Assembly: GCF_964355755.1 (NCBI RefSeq)
Contig: NC_092677.1
Span: 21,315,175 to 21,379,174, forward strand
Length of the DNA stretch: 64,000 bases
Origin: Antedon mediterranea
Taxonomy: Eukaryota > Animalia > Echinodermata
Reading direction: 5' to 3'
Part shown: one piece after another, positions 38,901 to 54,400 of the stretch
Position numbering within the stretch: the stretch's first letter is position 1
How the letters are laid out: each line of letters starts with the position of its first letter
Translations under genes and position numbers: made by a program
The notes under the pieces: model-generated
Seen by the model: the letters and a program-made list of their open reading frames with translations, nothing else
What the model was told of the DNA's origin: nothing
Database searches by the model: none

Positions 38901-41900
38901 TCACACAAAACATCAAAGTTTACAAAATAGCTTCAAATCGCATTTGGAGACGTTTTAGACCATTTTGTGATTTTCGAAAAAACTTGTTAACATAAAAACA
39001 CCAAAGTGCTCAGAATACCTTCAAATCGCATTTTGAGACGTTTTAGACCATTTTGTGATTTTCGAAAAAACTTGTTAACATAAAAACACCAAAGTGCTCA
39101 GAATACCTTCAAATCGTGTTTTGAGACGTTTTAGACCATTTTGTGATTTTGGAAAAACTTGTTAACATAAAAACACCAAAGTGCTCAGAATACCTTCAAA
39201 TCGCATTTGGAGACGTTTTAGACCATTTTGTGATTTTCGAAAAAACTTGTTAACATAAAAACACCAAAGTGCTCAGAAAAGCTTCAAATCGCAATTGGAG
39301 ACGTTTTAAACCATTTTGTTCATTTCGATGAAACTTGGTTACACAAAAACATCAAATTGCACAAAATGGCTTTATATGGTATGGGAAAACGTTTTAGACC
39401 ATTTTGAACATTTCGAGAAAACTTTTTCACACAAAACTTCAAAGTGTACAGAATAGCTTCAAATCGCATTAGAAACCGTTTTAGACCATTTTGAGCATTT
39501 CGAAAAAACTTTTTCACACAAAACATCAAAGTTTACAAAATAGCTTCAAATCGCATTTGGAGACGTTTTAGACCATTTTGTGATTTTCGAAAAAACTTGT
39601 TAACATAAAAACACCAAAGTGCTCAGAATACCTTCAAATCGCATTTTGAGACGTTTTAGACCATTTTGTGATTTTCGAAAAAACTTGTTAACATAAAAAT
39701 ACCAAAGTGCTCAGAATACCTTCAAATCGTGTTTTGAGACGTTTTAGACCATTTTGTGATTTTCGAAAAAACTTGTTAACATAAAAACACCAAAGTGCTC
39801 AGAATACCTTCAAATCGCATTTGGAGACGTTTTAGACCATTTTGTGATTTTCGAAAAAACTTGTTAACATAAAAACACCAAAGTGCTCAGAAAAGCTTCA
39901 AATCGCATTTGGAGACGTTTTAAACCATTTTGTTCATTTCGATGAAACTTGGTTACACAAAAATATCAAAGAGCACAAAAGTATTTAAAAACGTTTTAGA
40001 CCATTTTGAGCATTCCGACAAAACTTTTTCACACAAAACATCAAAGTGTACAGAATAGCTTTAAATCGCATTTGGAGACGTTTTAGACCATTTTGTAGTT
40101 TTCGAAAAAACTTGTTAACATAAAAACACAAAAGAGCTTCAAATCGCATTTGGAGACGTTTTAGACCCTTTTGTGCATTTCAATGAAACTTGGTTACACA
40201 AAAACATCAAAGTGCTTAAAATCACATTAGAAACCGTTTTAGACCATTTTGAGCATTTCGTTAAAACTTTTCACACAAAAACATCAAAGTCCACAAAAAA
40301 GCTTAATATCGTATTCAAAAACGTTTTAGACCATTTTGAGCATTTCGAAAAAACTTTTCCACACGAAACATCAAAGTTTACAAAATAGCTTCAAATCGCA
40401 TTTGGAGACGTTTTAGACCATTTTGTGATTTTCGAAAAAACTTGATAACATAAAAACACCAAAGTGCTCAGAATACCTTCAAATCGTGTTTTGAGACGTT
40501 TTAGACCATTTTGTAATTTTCGAAAAAACTTGTTAACATAAAAACACCAAAGTGCTCAGAATACCTTCACATCGAATTTTGAGACGTTTTAGACCATTTT
40601 GTGATTTTCGAAAAAACTTGTTAACATAAAAACACCAAAGTGCTTAGAAAAGCTTGAAATCGCATTTGGAGACGTTTTAGACCATTTTGTGCATTTCGAT
40701 GAAACTTGGTTACACAAAAACATCAAAGTGCTTAAAATCACATTTTGAGCATTTCGTTAAAACTTTTCACACAAAAACATCAAAGTCCACAAAATAGCTT
40801 AATATCGTATTTAAAAACGTTTTAGACCATTTTGAGCATTTCGAAAAAACTTTTCCACACAAAACATCAAAGTTTACAAAATAGCTTTAAATCGCATTTG
40901 GAGACGTTTTAGACCATTTTGTTCATTTCGATGAAACAAAAACACAAAAACATCAAATTGCACAAAATGGCTTAATATGATATGGGAAAACGTTTTAGAC
41001 CATTTTGAACATTTCGTTAAAAGTTTTCACAAAAAAACATCAAAGTCCACAAAATAGCTTAATATCGTATTTAAAAACGTTTTAGGCCATTTTGAGCATT
41101 TCGAAAAAACTTTTTCACACAAAACATCAAAGTTTACAAAATAGCTTCAAATCGCATTTGGAGACGTTTTAGACCATTTTGTGATTTTCGAAAAAACTTG
41201 TTAACATAAAAACACCAAAGTGCTCAGAATACCTTCAAATCGCATTTTGAGACGTTTTAGACCATTTTGTGATTTTCGAAAAAACTTGTTAACATAAAAA
41301 CACCAAAGTGCTCAGAATACCTTCAAATCGTGTTTTGAGACGTTTTAGACCATTTTGTGATTTTGGAAAAACTTGTTAACATAAAAACACCAAAGTGCTC
41401 AGAATACCTTCAAATCGCATTTGGAGACGTTTTAGACCATTTTGTGATTTTCGAAAAAACTTGTTAACATAAAAACACCAAAGTGCTCAGAAAAGCTTCA
41501 AATCGCAATTGGAGACGTTTTAAACCATTTTGTTCATTTCGATGAAACTTGGTTACACAAAAACATCAAATTGCACAAAATGGCTTAATATAGTATGGGA
41601 AAACGTTTTAGACCATTTTGAACATTTCGAGAAAACTTTTTCACACAAAACTTCAAAGTGTACAGAATAGCTTCAAATCGCATTAGAAACCGTTTTAGAC
41701 CATTTTGAGCATTTCGAAAAAACTTTTTCACACAAAACATCAAAGTTTACAAAATAGCTTCAAATCGCATTTGGAGACGTTTTAGACCATTTTGTGATTT
41801 TCGAAAAAACTTGTTAACATAAAAACACCAAAGTGCTCAGAATACCTTCAAATCGCATTTTGAGACGTTTTAGACCATTTTGTGATTTTCGAAAAAACTT

Positions 41901-42400
41901 GTTAACATAAAAATACCAAAGTGCTCAGAATACCTTCAAATCGTGTTTTGAGACGTTTTAGACCATTTTGTGATTTTCGAAAAAACTTAACATAAAAACA
42001 CCAAAGTGCTCAGAATACCTTCAAATCGCATTTGGAGTCGTTTTAGACCATTTTGTGATTTTGGAAAAAACTTGTTAACATAAAAACACCAAAGTGCTTA
42101 GAAAAGCTTCAAATCGCATTTGGAGACGTTTTAGACCCTTTTGTGCATTTCGATGAAACTTGGTTACACAAAAACATCAAAGTGCTTAAAATCACAGTAG
42201 AAACCGTTTTAGACCATTTTGAGCATTTCGTTAAAATTTTTCACAGAAAAACATCAAAGAGCAAAAAATAGCTTAATATCGTATTTAAAAACGTTTTAGA
42301 CCATTTTGAGCATTTCGACAAAACTTTTTCACACAAAACATCAAAGTGTACAGATAAGCTTCAAATCGCATTTGGAGACGTTTTAAACCATTTTGAGCAT
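21000..42400. repeat. Tandem segmental duplication within the satellite, unit 10,685-10,686 bp, two copies (boundaries +/- ~500 bp)
   Basis: Identical spurious ORFs are offset by 10685/10686 (23351/34036, 28634/39320, 29487/40173). Rare variants recur at that offset: GGTTAAAC (~21625/32310), TAATAAGATA (~22386/33071), TGTTCAAC (~23226/33911), GCATTACG (~27804/38490), GGAGTCG (~31348/42034). Confidence 0.9.
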
Positions 42401-45400
42401 TTCGATAAAATTTTACACACAAAAACATCAAAGTGCACAAAATAGCTTAATATGGTATTTAAAAACGTTTTAGACCATTTTGAGCATTTCAACAAAACTT
42501 TTTCTCACAAAACATCAAAGTGTACAGAATAGCTTCAAATCGCATTTGGAGACGTTTTAGACCATTTTGTGCATTTCGATGAAACTTGGTTACACAAAAA
42601 CATCAAAGTGCTTAAAATCACATTTTGAGCATTTCGTTAAAACTTTTCACACAAAAACATCAAAGTCCACAAAATAGCTTAATATCTTATTTAAAAACGT
42701 TTTAGACCATTTTGAGCATTTCGAAAAAACTTTTTCACACAAAACATCAAAGTTTACAAAATAGCTTCAAATCGCATTTGGAGACGTTTTAGACCATTTT
42801 GTGATTTTCGAAAAAACTTGTTAACATAAAAACACCAAAGTGCTCAGAATACCTTCAAATCGCATTTGGAGACGTTTTAGACCATTTTGTGATTTTCGAA
42901 AAAACTTGTTAACATAAAAACACCAAAGTGCTTAGAAAAGCTTCAAATCGCATTTGGAGATGTTTTAGACCATTTTGTGCATTTCGATGAAACTTGGTTA
43001 CACAAAAACATCAAAGTGCTTAAAATCACATTTTGAGCATTTCGTTAAAACTTTTCACACAAAAACATCAAAGTCCACAAAATAGCTTAATATCGTATTT
43101 AAAAACGTTTTAGACCATTTTGAGCATTTCGAAAAAACTTTTCCACAGAAAACATCAAAGTTTACAAAATAGCTTCAAATCGCATTTGGAGACGTTTTAG
43201 ACCATTTTGTGATTTTCGAAAAAACTTGTTAACATAAAAACACCAAAGTGCTCAGAATACCTTCAAATCGTGTTTTGAGACGTTTTAGACCATTTTGTAA
43301 TTTTCGAAAAAACTTGTTAACATAAAAACACCAAAGTGCTCAGAATACCTTCACATCGCATTTTGAGACGTTTTAGACCATTTTGTGATTTTCGAAAAAA
43401 CTTGTTAACATAAAAACACCAAAGTGCTTAGAAAAGCTTGAAATCGCATTTGGAGACGTTTTAGACCATTTTGTGCATTTCGATGAAACTTGGTTACACA
43501 AAAACATCAAATTGCACAAAATGGCTTAATATGGTATGGGAAAACGTTTTAGACCATTTTGAACATTTCGAGAAAACTTTTTCACACAAAACTTCAAAGT
43601 GTACAGAATAGCTTCAAATCGCATTAGAAACCGTTTTAGACCATTTTGAGCATTTCGAAAAAACTTTTTCACACAAAACATCAAAGTTTACAAAATAGCT
43701 TCAAATCACATTTGGAGACGTTTTAGACCATTTTGTGATTTTCAAAAAAACTTGTTAACATAAAAACACCAAAGTGCTCAGGATACCTTCAAATCGCATT
43801 TTGAGACGTTTTAGACCATTTTGTGATTTTCGGAAAAACTTGTTAACATAAAAACACCAAAGTGCTCAGAATACCTTCAAATCGTATTTTGAGACGTTTT
43901 AGACAATTTTGTGATTTTCGAAAAAACTTGTTAACATAAAAACACCAAAGTGCTTAGAAAAGCTTAAAAAACGCATTTGGAGACGTTTTAGACCATTTTG
44001 TGCATTTCGATGAAACTTGGTTACACAAAAACATCAAAGTGTACAGAATAGCTTCAAATCGCATTAGAAACCGTTTTAGACCATTTTGAGCATTTCGAAA
44101 AAACTTTTTCACACAAAACATCAAAGTGTACAAAATAGCTTCAAATCGCATTTGGAGACGTTTTAGACAATTTTGTGATTTTCGAAAAAACTTGTTTACA
44201 TAAAAACACCAAAGTGCTCAGAATAGCTTCCAATCGCATTTTGAGACGTTTTAGACCCTTTTGTGCATTTCGATGAAACTTGGTTACACAAAAACATCAA
44301 AGTGCTTAAAATCACAGTAGAAACCGTTTTAGACCATTTTGAGCATTTCGTTAAAATTTTTCACAGAAAAACATCAAAGAGCAAAAAATAGCTTAATATC
44401 GTATTTAAAAACGTTTTAGACCATTTTGAGCATTTCGACAAAACTTTTTCACACAAAACATCAAAGTGTACAGATAAGCTTCAAATCGCATTTGGAGACG
44501 TTTTAAACCATTTTGAGCATTTCGATAAAATTTTACACACAAAAACATCAAAGTGCACAAAATAGCTTAATATGGTATTTAAAAACGTTTTAGACCATTT
44601 TGAGCATTTCAACAAAACTTTTTCTCACAAAACATCAAGGTGTACAGAATAGCTTCAAATCGCATTTGGAGACGTTTTAGACCATTTTGTGCATTTCGAT
44701 GAAAATTGGTTATACAAAAACATCAAAGTGCTTAAATTCACATTTTGAGCATTTCGTTAAAACTTTTCACACAAAAACATCAAAGTCCACAAAATAGCTT
44801 AATATCGTATTTAAAAACGTTTTAGACCATTTTGAGAATTTCGAAAAAACTTTTTCACACAAAACATCAAAGTTTACAAAATAGCTTCAAATCGCATTTG
44901 GAGACGTTTTAGACCATTTTGTGATTTTCGAAAAAACTTGTTAACATAAAAACACCAAAGTGCTTAGAAAAGCTTCAAATCGCATTTGGAGACGTTTTAG
45001 ACCATTTTTTGCATTTCGATTGAACTTGGTTACAAAAAAACATCAAAGTGCTTAAAATCACATTTTGAGCATTTCGTTAAAACTTTTCACACAAAAACAT
45101 CAAAGTCCACAAAATAGCTTAATATCGTATTTAAAAACGTTTTAGACCATTTTGAGCATTTCGAAAAAACTTTTCCACACAAAACATCAAAGTTTACAAA
45201 ATAGCTTCAAATCGCATTTGGAGACGTTTTAGACCATTTTGTGATTTTCGAAAAAACTTGTTAACATAAAAATACCAAAGTGCTCAGAATACCTTCAAAT
45301 CGTGTTTTGAGACGTTTTAGACCATTTTGTGATTTTCGAAAAAACTTAACATAAAAACACCAAAGTGCTCAGAATACCTTCAAATCGCATTTGGAGACGT

Positions 45401-48400
45401 TTTAGACCATTTTGTGATTTTGGAAAAAACTTGTTAACATAAAAACACCAAAGTGCTTAGAAAAGCTTCAAATCGCATTTGGAGACGTTTTAGACCCTTT
45501 TGTGCATTTCAATGAAACTTGGTTACACAAAAACATCAAAGTGCTTAAAATCACAGTAGAAACCGTTTTAGACCATTTTGAGCATTTCGTTAAAATTTTT
45601 CACAGAAAAACATCAAAGAGCAAAAAATAGCTTAATATCGTATTTAAAAACGTTTTAGACCATTTTGAGCATTTCGACAAAACTTTTTCACACAAAACAT
45701 CAAAGTGTACAGATAAGCTTCAAATCGCATTTGGAGACGTTTTAAACCATTTTGAGCATTTCGATAAAATTTTACACACAAAAACATCAAAGTGCACAAA
45801 ATAGCTTAATATGGTATTTAAAAACGTTTTAGACCATTTTGAGCATTTCAACAAAACTTTTTCTCACAAAACATCAAAGTGTACAGAATAGCTTCAAATC
45901 GCATTTGGAGACGTTTTAGACCATTTTGTGCATTTCGATGAAACTTGGTTACACAAAAACATCAAAGTGCTTAAAATCACATTTTGAGCATTTCGTTAAA
46001 ACTTTTCACACAAAAACATCAAAGTCCACAAAATAGCTTAATATCTTATTTAAAAACGTTTTAGACCATTTTGAGCATTTCGAAAAAACTTTTTCACACA
46101 AAACATCAAAGTTTACAAAATAGCTTCAAATCGCATTTGGAGACGTTTTAGACCATTTTGTGATTTTCGAAAAAACTTGTTAACATAAAAACACCAAAGT
46201 GCTCAGAATACCTTCAAATCGCATTTGGAGACGTTTTAGACCATTTTGTGATTTTCGAAAAAACTTGTTAACATAAAAACACCAAAGTGCTTAGAAAAGC
46301 TTCAAATCGCATTTGGAGATGTTTTAGACCATTTTGTGCATTTCGATGAAACTTGGTTACACAAAAACATCAAAGTGCTTAAAATCACATTTTGAGCATT
46401 TCGTTAAAACTTTTCACACAAAAACATCAAAGTCCACAAAATAGCTTAATATCGTATTTAAAAACGTTTTAGACCATTTTGAGCATTTCGAAAAAACTTT
46501 TCCACAGAAAACATCAAAGTTTACAAAATAGCTTCAAATCGCATTTGGAGACGTTTTAGACCATTTTGTGATTTTCGAAAAAACTTGTTAACATAAAAAC
46601 ACCAAAGTGCTCAGAATACCTTCAAATCGTGTTTTGAGACGTTTTAGACCATTTTGTAATTTTCGAAAAAACTTGTTAACATAAAAACACCAAAGTGCTC
46701 AGAATACCTTCACATCGCATTTTGAGACGTTTTAGACCATTTTGTGATTTTCGAAAAAACTTGTTAACATAAAAACACCAAAGTGCTTAGAAAAGCTTGA
46801 AATCGCATTTGGAGACGTTTTAGACCATTTTGTGCATTTCGATGAAACTTGGTTACACAAAAACATCAAAGTGCTTAAAATCACATTTTGAGCATTTCGT
46901 TAAAACTTTTCACACAAAAACATCAAAGAGTAATAAATAGCTTAATATCGTATTTAAAAACGTTTTAGACCATTTTGAGCATTTCGACAAAATTTTTTCA
47001 AACAAAACATCAAAGTGTACAGAATAGCTTTAAATCGCATTTGGAGACGTTTTAGACCATTTTGTTCATTTCGATGAAACAAAAACACAAAAACATCAAA
47101 TTGCACAAAATGGCTTAATATGATATGGGAAAACGTTTTAGACCATTTTGAACATTTCGTTAAAAGTTTTCACACAAAAACATCAAAGTCCACAAAATAG
47201 CTTAATATCGTATTTAAAAACGTTTTAGACCATTTTGAGCATTTCGAAAAAACTTTTTCACACAAAACATCAAAGTGTACAAAATAGCTTCAAATCGCAT
47301 TTGGAGACGTTTTAGACAATTTTGTGATTTTCGAAAAAACTTGTTAACATAAAAACACCAAAGTGCTCAGAATACCTTCAAATCGCATTTTGAGACGTTT
47401 TAGACCATTTTGTGATTTTCGAAAAAACTTGTTAACATAAAAACACCAAAGTGCTCAGAATACCTTCAAATCGCATTTGGAGACGTTTTAGACCATTTTG
47501 TGATTTTCGTAAAAACTTGTTAACATAAAAACACCAAAGTGCTTAGAAAAGTTTCAAATCGCATTTGGAGACGTTTTAGACCATTTTGTTCATTTCGATG
47601 AAACTTGGTTACACAAAAACATCAAATTGCACAAAATGGCTTAATATGGTATGGGAAAACGTTTTAGACCATTTTGAACATTTCGAGAAAACTTTTTCAC
47701 ACAAAACTTCAAAGTGTACAGAATAGCTTCAAATCGCATTAGAAACCGTTTTAGACCATTTTGAGCATTTCGAAAAAACTTTTTCACACAAAACATCAAA
47801 GTTTACAAAATAGCTTCAAATCACATTTGGAGACGTTTTAGACCATTTTGTGATTTTCAAAAAAACTTGTTAACATAAAAACACCAAAGTGCTCAGGATA
47901 CCTTCAAATCGCATTTTGAGACGTTTTAGACCATTTTGTGATTTTCGGAAAAACTTGTTAACATAAAAACACCAAAGTGCTCAGAATACCTTCAAATCGT
48001 ATTTTGAGACGTTTTAGACAATTTTGTGATTTTCGAAAAAACTTGTTAACATAAAAACACCAAAGTGCTCAGAATACCTTCAAATCGTATTTTGAGACGT
48101 TTTAGACAATTTTGTGATTTTCGAAAAAACTTGTTAACATAAAAACACCAAAGTGCTTAGAAAAGCTTCAAATCGCATTTGGAGACGTTTTAGACCATTT
48201 TGTGCATTTCGATGAAACTTGGTTACACAAAAACATCAAAGTGTACAGAATAGCTTCAAATCGCATTAGAAACCGTTTTAGACCATTTTGAGCATTTCGA
48301 AAAAACTTTTTCACACAAAACATCAAAGTGTACAAAATAGCTTCAAATCGCATTTGGAGACGTTTTAGACAATTTTGTGATTTTCGAAAAAACTTGTTTA

Positions 48401-51400
48401 CATAAAAACACCAAAGTGCTCAGAATAGCTTCCAATCGCATTTTGAGACGTTTTAGACCCTTTTGTGCATTTCGATGAAACTTGGTTACACAAAAACATC
48501 AAAGTGCTTAAAATCACAGTAGAAACCGTTTTAGACCATTTTGAGCATTTCGTTAAAATTTTTCACAGAAAAACATCAAAGAGCAAAAAATAGCTTAATA
48601 TCGTATTTAAAAACGTTTTAGACCATTTTGAGCATTTCGACAAAACTTTTTCACACAAAACATCAAAGTGTACAGATAAGCTTCAAATCGCATTTGGAGA
48701 CGTTTTAAACCATTTTGAGCATTTCGATAAAATTTTACACACAAAAACATCAAAGTGCACAAAATAGCTTAATATGGTATTTAAAAACGTTTTAGACCAT
48801 TTTGAGCATTTCAACAAAACTTTTTCTCACAAAACATCAAAGTGTACAGAATAGCTTCAAATCGCATTTGGAGACGTTTTAGACCATTTTGTGCATTTCG
48901 ATGAAACTTGGTTACACAAAAACATCAAAGTGCTTAAATTCACATTTTGAGAATTTCGTTAAAACTTTTCACACAAAATAGCTTAATATCGTATTTAAAA
49001 ACGTTTTAGACCATTTTGAGAATTTCGAAAAAACTTTTTCACACAAAACATCAAAGTTTACAAAATAGCTTCAAATCGCATTTGGAGACGTTTTAGACCA
49101 TTTTGTGATTTTCGAAAAAACTTGTTAACATAAAAACACCAAAGTGCTCAGAATACCTTCAAATCGCATTTGGAGACGTTTTAGACCATTTTGTGATTTT
49201 CGAAAAAACTTGTTAACATAAAAACACCAAAGTGCTTAGAAAAGCTTCAAATCGCATTTGGAGACGTTTTAGACCATTTTTTGCATTTCGATGAAACTTG
49301 GTTACACAAAAACATCAAAGTGCTTAAAATCACATTTTGAGCATTTCGTTAAAACTTTTCACACAAAAACATCAAAGTCCACAAAATAGCTTAATATCGT
49401 ATTTAAAAACGTTTTAGACCATTTTGAGCATTTCGAAAAAACTTTTCCACACAAAACATCAAAGTTTACAAAATAGCTTCAAATCGCATTTGGAGACGTT
49501 TTAGACCATTTTGTGATTTTCGAAAAAACTTGTTAACATAAAAACACCAAAGTGCTCAGAATACCTTCAAATCGTGTTTTGAGACGTTTTAGACCATTTT
49601 GTAATTTTCGAAAAAACTTGTTAACATAAAAACACCAAAGTGCTCAGAAAACCTTCACATCGCATTTTGAGACGTTTTAGACCATTTTGTGATTTTCGAA
49701 AAAACTTGTTAACATAAAAACACCAAAGTGCTTAGAAAAGCTTGAAATCGCATTTGGAGACGTTTTAGACCATTTTGTGCATTTCGATGAAACTTGGTTA
49801 CACAAAAACATCAAAGTGCTTAAAATCACATTAGAAACCGTTTTAGACCATTTTGAGCATTTCGTTAAAACTTTTCACACAAAAACATCAAAGTCCACAA
49901 AATAGCTTAATATCGTATTTAAAAACGTTTTAGACCATTTTGAGCATTTCGAAAAAACTTTTCCACACAAAACATCAAAGTTTACAAAATAGCTTCAAAT
50001 CGCATTTGGAGACGTTTTAGACCATTTTGTGATTTTCGAAAAAACTTGTTAACATAAAAACACCAAAGTGCTCAGAATACCTTCAAATCGTATTTTGAGA
50101 CGTTTTAGACAATTTTGTGATTTTCGAAAAAACTTGTTAACATAAAAACACCAAAGTGCTTAGAAAAGCTTCATATCGCATTTGGAGACGTTTTAGACCA
50201 TTTTGTGCATTTCGATGAAACTTGGTTACACAAAAACATCAAAGTGCTTAAAATCACTTTTTGAGCATTTCGTTAAAACTTTTCACACAAAAACATCAAA
50301 GAGCAAAAAATAGCTTAATATCGTATTTAAAAACGTTTTAGACCATTTTGAGCATTTCGACAAAACTTTTTCACACAAAACATCAAAGTGTACAAAATAG
50401 CTTCAAATCGCATTTGGAGACGTTTTAGACAATTTTGTGATTTTCGAAAAAACTTGTTTACATAAAAACACCAAAGTGCTAAGAATAGCTTCCAATCGCA
50501 TTTGGAGACGTTTTAGACCCTTTTGTGCATTTCGATGAAACTTGGTTACACAAAAACATCAAAGTGCTTAAAATCACATTAGAAACCGTTTTAGAACATT
50601 TTGAGCATTTCGTTAAAATTTTTCACAGAAAAACATCAAAGAGCAAAAAATAGCTTAATATCGTATTTAAAAACGTTTTAGACCATTTTGAGCATTTCGA
50701 CAAAACTTTTTCACACAAAACAACAAAGTGTACAGAATAGCTCCAAATCGCATTTGGAGACGTTTTAACCCATTTTGAGCATTTCGATAAAATTTTACAC
50801 ACAAAAACATCAAAGTGCACAAAATAGCTTAATATGGTATTTAAAAACGTTTTAGACCATTTTGAGCATTTCAACAAAACTTTTTCTCACAAAACATCAA
50901 AGTGTACAGAATAGCTTCAAATCGCATTTGGAGACGTTTTAGACCATTTTGTGCATTTCGATGAAACTTGGTTACACAAAAACATCAAAGTGCTTAAAAT
51001 CACATTTTGAGCATTTCGTTAAAACTTTTCACACAAAAACATCAAGGTCCACAAAATAGCTTAATATCGTATTTAAAAACGTTATAGACCATTTTGAGCA
51101 TTTCGAAAAAACTTTTCCACACAAAACATCAAAGTTTACAAAATAGCTTCAAATCGCATTTGGAGACGTTTTAGACCATTTTGTGATTTTCGAAAAAACT
51201 TGTTAACATAAAAACACCAAAGTGCTCAGAATACCTTCAAATCGCATTTGGAGACGTTTTAGACCCTTTTGTGCATTTCGATGAAACTTGGTTACACAAA
51301 AACATCAAAGTGCTTAAAATCACATTAGAAACCGTTTTAGACCATTTTGAGCATTTCGTTAAAATTTTTCACAGAAAAACATCAAAGAGCAAAAAATAGC

Positions 51401-54400
51401 TTAATATCGTATTTAAAAACGTTTTAGACCATTTTGAGCATTTCGACAAAACTTTTTCACACAAAACATCAAAGTGTACAGAATAGCTTCAAATCGCATT
51501 TGGAGACGTTTTAACCCATTTTGAGCATTTCGATAAAATTTTACACACAAAAACATCAAAGTGCACAAAATAGCTTAATATGGTATTTAAAAACGTTTTA
51601 GACCATTTTGAGCATTTCAACAAAACTTTTTCTCACAAAACATCAAAGTGTACAGAATAGCTTCAAATCGCATTTGGAGACATTTTAGACCATTTTGTGC
51701 ATTTCGATGAAACTTGGTTACAAAAAAACATCAAAGTGCTTAAAATCACATTTTGAGCATTTCGTTAAAACTTTTCACACAAAAACATCAAAGTCCACAA
51801 AATAGCTTAATATCGTATTTAAAAACGTTTTAGACCATTTTGAGCATTTCGAAAAAACTTTTCCACACAAAACATCAAAGTTTACAAAATAGCTTCAAAT
51901 CGCATTTGGAGACGTTTTAGACCATTTTGTGATTTTCGAAAAAAACTTGTTAACATAAAAACACCAAAGTGCTCAGAATACCTTCAAATCGTGTTTTGAG
52001 ACGTTTTAGACCATTTTGTAATTTTCGAAAAAACTTGTTAACATAAAAACACCAAAGTGCTCAGAATACCTTCACATCGCATTTTGAGACGTTTTAGACC
52101 ATTTTGTGATTTTCGAAAAAACTTGTTAACATAAAAACACCAAAGTGCTTAGAAAAGCTTGAAATCGCATTTGGAGACGTTTTAGACCATTTTGTGAATT
52201 TCGATGAAACTTGGTTAAAGTGCTTAAAATCACATTTTGAGCATTTCGTTAAAACTTTTCACACAAAAACATCAAAGAGTAAAAAATAGCTTAATATCGT
52301 ATTTAAAAACGTTTTAGACCATTTTGAGCATTTCGACAAAATTTTTTCACACAAAACATCAAAGTGTACAGAATAGCTTTAAATCGCATTTGGAGACGTT
52401 TTAGACCATTTTGTTCATTTCGATGAAACAAAAACACAAAAACATCAAATTGCACAAAATGGCTTAATATGATATGGGAAAACGTTTTAGACCATTTTGA
52501 ACATTTCGTTAAAAGTTTTCACAAAAAAACATCAAAGTCCACAAAATAGCTTAATATCGTATTTAAAAACGTTTTAGACCATTTTGAGCATTTCGAAAAA
52601 ACTTTTTCACACAAAACATCAAAGTTTACAAAATAGCTTCAAATCGCATTTGGAGACGTTTTAGACCATTTTGTGATTTTCGAAAAAACTTGTTAACATA
52701 AAAACACCAAAGTGCTCAGAATACCTTCAAATCGCATTTTGAGACGTTTTAGACCATTTTGTGATTTTCGAAAAAACTTGTTAACATAAAAACACCAAAG
52801 TGCTCAGAATACCTTCAAATCGTGTTTTGAGACGTTTTAGACCATTTTGTGATTTTGGAAAAACTTGTTAACATAAAAACACCAAAGTGCTCAGAATACC
52901 TTCAAATCGCATTTGGAGACGTTTTAGACCATTTTGTGATTTTCGAAAAAACTTGTTAACATAAAAACACCAAAGTGCTCAGAAAAGCTTCAAATCGCAA
53001 TTGGAGACGTTTTAAACCATTTTGTTCATTTCGATGAAACTTGGTTACACAAAAACATCAAATTGCACAAAATGGCTTTATATTGTATGGGAAAACGTTT
53101 TAGACCATTTTGAACATTTCGAGAAAACTTTTTCACACAAAACTTCAAAGTGTACAGAATAGCTTCAAATCGCATTAGAAACCGTTTTAGACCATTTTGA
53201 GCATTTCGAAAAAACTTTTTCACACAAAACATCAAAGTTTACAAAATAGCTTCAAATCGCATTTGGAGACGTTTTAGACCATTTTGTGATTTTCGAAAAA
53301 ACTTGTTAACATAAAAACACCAAAGTGCTCAGAATACCTTCAAATCGCATTTTGAGACGTTTTAGACCATTTTGTGATTTTCGAAAAAACTTGTTAACAT
53401 AAAAATACCAAAGTGCTCAGAATACCTTCAAATCGTGTTTTAAGACGTTTTAGACCATTTTGTGATTTTCGAAAAAACTTGTTAACATAAAAACACCAAA
53501 GTGCTCAGAATACCTTCAAATCGCATTTGGAGACGTTTTAGACCATTTTGTGATTTTCGAAAAAACTTGTTAACATAAAAACACCAAAGTGCTCAGAAAA
53601 GCTTCAAATCGCATTTGGAGACGTTTTAAACCATTTTGTTCATTTCGATGAAACTTGGTTACACAAAAATATCAAAGAGCACAAAAGTATTTAAAAACGT
53701 TTTAGACCATTTTGAGCATTCCGACAAAACTTTTTCACACAAAACATCAAAGTGTACAGAATAGCTTTAAATCGCATTTGGAGACGTTTTTGACCATTTT
53801 TTAGTTTTCGAAAAAACTTGTTAACATAAAAACACAAAAGAGCTTCAAATCGCATTTGGAGACGTTTTAGACCCTTTTGTGCATTTCGATGAAACTTGGT
53901 TACACAAAAACATCAAAGTGCTTAAAATCACATTAGAAACCGTTTTAGACCATTTTGAGCATTTCGTTAAAACTTTTCACACAAAAACATCAAAGTCCAC
54001 AAAATAGCTTAATATCGTATTCAAAAACGTTTTAGACCATTTTGAGCATTTCGAAAAAACTTTTCCACACGAAACATCAAAGTTTACAAAATAGGTTCAA
54101 ATCGCATTTGGAGACGTTTTAGACCATTTTGTGATTTTCGAAAAAACTTGATAACATAAAAACACCAAAGTGCTCAGAATACCTTCAAATCGTGTTTTGA
54201 GACGTTTTAGACCATTTTGTAATTTTCGAAAAAACTTGTTAACATAAAAACACCAAAGTGCTCAGAATACCTTCACATCGAATTTTGAGACGTTTTAGAC
54301 CATTTTGTGATTTTCGAAAAAACTTGTTAACATAAAAACACCAAAGTGCTTAGAAAAGCTTGAAATCGCATTTGGAGACGTTTTAGACCATTTTGTGCAT

